Assembly: GCA_045837725.1 (NCBI GenBank) | Contig: JBEWZL010000121.1 | Span: forward strand, 248,001-312,000 | Source of the DNA: Vermamoeba vermiformis | Taxonomy: Eukaryota | Direction of reading: 5' to 3' | Length of the DNA stretch: 64,000 nucleotides | Part shown: positions 62,801 through 64,000 of the stretch, in pieces | Layout: every line of letters starts with the position of its first letter | Position numbering within the stretch: the stretch's first letter is position 1 | Translations under genes and position numbers: made by a program | The notes under the pieces: model-generated | The model's database searches: none | What the model was told of the DNA's origin: nothing | What the model saw: the letters and a program-made list of their open reading frames with translations, nothing else

Positions 62801-64000
62801 GATCGGGGCGGGGGCTGGATTCGGGTTACCCGCGCCAATGGTGATCTGTCTGGTGGCCTCTGTGACAGCAGTGAGCAAGCATTGCAACGAGCGATTCATT
62901 TGTAGCGCTACTTACGTGCTGTGGCGCCAAAGTTGTCGGTGAGAGTGAGGCGGATGGTGTAGGTGCCTGCAGCGGCGTAGGTGTGCGAGGTGATGATGAC
63001 GTTGTCGTCGTAGGCCCCGAGTGTGGTGCCATCACCCCAGTCCCAGCGATAGAAGAGGTAGTCCAGATCGGGATCGGTGCTGTCTTGTGCGGTGATTGAG
63101 ATCGGCTGTCCTGCTTGCAACACACTCGACGCTGCAGGTGGGTCAGTGACACGTGATGCAGTGCATGCAATGCGACAAATAGTACTCACCTGACACGGCA
63201 ATGACAGGCACGGGTGCGGCATTGGTGGCCGGGAAGTTGGTCTGCGTCAAGAACATAAAGTCTTTGCCCGTATTTCCTTGCGCATCGGTCACCGTCAACA
63301 CGACGAAGAAGTTGATTCTGAAGCGCGTCAGTATTCGAATAGGGGGGACCAATCTGAACACTTACCTAGCACCAGCGTGCGTGTCAGCACCAATGTAGGA
63401 GAGAGGAATGGTGAATGTCTGAGTGGTGCCGATGTACTGATCGGGATGGATGTCTAAATTAGGAAATAGCTCGTTAACAAGGGTGCTCAGATACTACCAC
63501 TGCAACGACATACGATTGAGATGCACGAGATTGATCTCCCACTTGTACTGGTACGGCGCAGTGCCTCCAGTGACAGTCGCGCTGAAGGTAATGTCTGCAC
63601 CCACCGTGTACGAGAATCGTTCCAGCGTGCTGGGCTGTGTGATGCGCGGTACGGGCACTGTTGGACCCACATTGATCGCCAAGGTCTGCGTCGAGGTGAA
63701 ACCAACACTGCGCACGAAGAGTGTGGCCGTGTACTGACCAGCAGCGTTGTACACCTTGGTCGGATTGGGCGCGGTGCTCGTGGTGCCATCACCGAATGTC
63801 CACCAAATTTCCACGGCATCTCCGTCGCGATCAAAGGTGCCATCGCTGCTGAACTGCACGCACATAACGTTAGTTGTGTGGACTGTAAATAGAGCAGCCA
63901 CGTACCTGCACCGTGAGGGGGGCAGCACCGACACTAGGAGCAGCGCGTGCTACAGGTGTGGGGGGCACATTTTGCGGCACGTAGCGCTGCAATGCACGAC
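59815..64000 (-). CDS. Large extracellular carbohydrate-binding protein: PKD domains, three CBM6-like modules with Pro/Thr linkers, DNRLRE/CBM96-like domains, C-terminal hydrophobic anchor; 5' part beyond the window
   Basis: WTFGDGTTSTAPNPTKVY and WDWGDG..HTYAAAGTYTIRLTLTD (PKD). Three copies of Q.ENY..GG.GVAYYDTT..N.GGAYR..VD..YIE.GEW..Y. YYEFDVTELV..FASKE. Ends ALVQINIFILFAVVLAL*. Confidence 0.85.

Overview
Gene-dense eukaryotic nuclear DNA, probably from a free-living protist (inference; the lineage cannot be fixed from this window). It uses the standard code and has many short GT-AG introns, mostly ~45-70 nt, with CTAAC/CTGAC branch points. About 25 host genes can be reconstructed by splicing: VPS13 (partial), a UBL protein, mitochondrial SSB, 3R-Myb, a LysM protein, a SMYD-like protein, a perilipin-like protein, a PH-OSBP, a SETD3-like protein with a His-rich insert, eIF4E3-like, a YjjX-type ITPase, eIF6, a hypothetical protein, TRM5, ERK7/8, AP-2 alpha, GDP-mannose pyrophosphorylase, a VPS9 GEF, urocanase, MsrB, TBC1D20-like, YJU2, copper nitrite reductase nirK, a Ulp1/SENP protease and a bacterial-type PKD/CBM6 surface protein (partial). 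The standout is a ~7 kb foreign-looking island at ~52.56-59.76 kb. Its core is a ~5.3 kb unit bounded by 26-bp inverted repeats. It carries an intron-containing Sola1/DUF7869-like transposase and an intact TET/JBP-like 2OG-Fe(II) dioxygenase in two head-to-head gene pairs, flanked by decayed relatives. Also notable: strong enrichment of CACGTG-centred palindromes in host genes at 39-52 kb, and four single-base insertions that break otherwise intact genes. All family calls are motif recognition by eye, not database searches, and exon boundaries are manual.
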